DNA from: Hungateiclostridiaceae bacterium UBA1305
GTDB lineage: Bacteria > Bacillota > Clostridia > Acetivibrionales > DTU013
Reading direction: 5' to 3'
Assembly (NCBI GenBank): GCA_002307275.1
Contig: DBTX01000078.1
Location: forward strand, 66,350-130,349
DNA: 64,000 bases
The stretch's first letter is position 1, and every line of letters begins with the position of its first letter. The notes under the pieces are model-generated. The model ran no database searches. It saw nothing but the letters and a program-made list of their open reading frames with translations, and had not been told where the DNA came from. Shown one piece after another: positions 63,238-64,000 of this stretch. The position numbers and the translations under genes are program-made.

Positions 63238-64000
63238 ATGAGTAACCTGACATACAAGGACATATCACTGACGGAAGAAGCTGGAGGTTGTTTACTTTGC
63301 AACAATGCTCCCTGCACGAAAGCCTGTCCTTATGGAATTGAGGCGGACAGCATTATTCGCTCCCTCCGCTTCGAAAATATGGAAGGTGCGGCAAACAGGC
63401 TCCCTGACGAATTACCGTGCAAATTGTGTAAATCCAAGGAATGTATGGCGGTCTGTCTGAAAAGAAAAATTAACAAACCCGTACCCATCGATGAAATCCT
63501 GGTCAAGCTGTCTTTCAACAAAAAGACAGTCCTGAAGGATGTGGATCTTTCCATCGATTTCTGCACAATTCACTGTGAGAATCCATTTTTCCTTTCCTCC
63601 TCGGTTGTCGGAAGCAATTACGAAATGGTTGCCAAGGCTTTTGATATGGGTTGGGGAGGCGTTGCCTTCAAGACCATCGGAACCTTCGTTCCAAAGGAGG
63701 TATCTCCCAGGTTCGACCATCTCCAAAAGGAAACTACCCCATTTGTGGGCTTCAAAAACATCGAGCAGATCTCAGAGCATTCCCTGGAAGAGAATCTCAG
63801 TTATTTCCGGCAGCTTAAGAAGAATTATCCGGGAAAGGTGATTGTTGCGTCCATCATGGGACAGAACGAAGAAGAATGGACACGTCTGTCAAAGCTCGTC
63901 ACAGAAGCCGGTGTTGACATAATAGAATGCAACTTCTCCTGCCCTCATATGGCCACCGATGGACTGGGTTCCGACGTAGGCCAAAATCCGGAACTGGTGT
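63238..64000 (+). CDS. preA: Dihydropyrimidine-dehydrogenase PreA-like protein (DHOD-like FMN domain) with N-terminal Cys-rich Fe-S extension; 3' end outside the window
   Basis: Open frame from the ATG at 63238 (RBS GGAGGG) to the window edge; it is absent from the ORF track because it has no stop. It has [14 protein letters not shown] and [13 protein letters not shown] motifs, then [10 protein letters not shown]...GWGGVAFKT...[11 protein letters not shown], typical of PreA/PyrD-like barrels. Confidence 0.85.
   Translation, partial: MSNLTYKDISLTEEAGGCLLCNNAPCTKACPYGIEADSIIRSLRFENMEGAANRLPDELPCKLCKSKECMAVCLKRKINKPVPIDEILVKLSFNKKTVLKDVDLSIDFCTIHCENPFFLSSSVVGSNYEMVAKAFDMGWGGVAFKTIGTFVPKEVSPRFDHLQKETTPFVGFKNIEQISEHSLEENLSYFRQLKKNYPGKVIVASIMGQNEEEWTRLSKLVTEAGVDIIECNFSCPHMATDGLGSDVGQNPELV

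Overview
This window looks like a chromosomal segment from a spore-forming member of the Clostridia. That origin is inferred from a YabG sporulation protease, a three-SLH-repeat wall protein, a murF-ddl pair and strong GGAGG-type ribosome-binding sites. I support about 55 protein genes, mostly on the minus strand up to ~57 kb and on the plus strand after that. I found no rRNA, tRNA, CRISPR array or intact transposase.

Main gene content:
- Left edge: a MacB/FtsX permease followed by an OmpR/HK two-component pair.
- deoC, yabG and a bacteriohemerythrin.
- A heterodimeric ABC exporter pair with a divergent AraC regulator.
- An aldehyde dehydrogenase - TetR - acyl-CoA ligase string.
- A LacI-controlled oxidoreductase/TIM-barrel isomerase operon.
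- A MerR-methyltransferase fusion upstream of an MFS pump.
- An ArsR-permease-thioredoxin operon.
- A MocR regulator divergent from a PLP decarboxylase.
- ltaE, and GH31 with its AraC regulator.
- Right edge: an ABC importer + dihydropyrimidinase + PreA-like dehydrogenase locus for reductive pyrimidine or hydantoin catabolism.

Observations most worth a second look:
1. The substrate-binding lipoprotein of that importer has its sequence order circularly permuted.
2. A 926-aa protein joins a P-loop-less KaiC/RecA-like domain, a Ser/Gly repeat linker and a PEP/pyruvate-binding ATP-grasp domain.
3. An intact, translationally coupled HipBA module sits inside a ~3.5 kb patch of mobile-element and gene debris.
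4. A 38-bp perfect palindrome lies in front of the TetR gene.
5. Two degenerate tandem-repeat arrays bracket a lipoprotein/PhzF pair.
6. Gene relics are unusually dense. They include two 'minigenes' that keep only the first and last codons of a lipid kinase and of a PhzF isomerase.

All functional calls come from reading motifs by eye; no database search was run.
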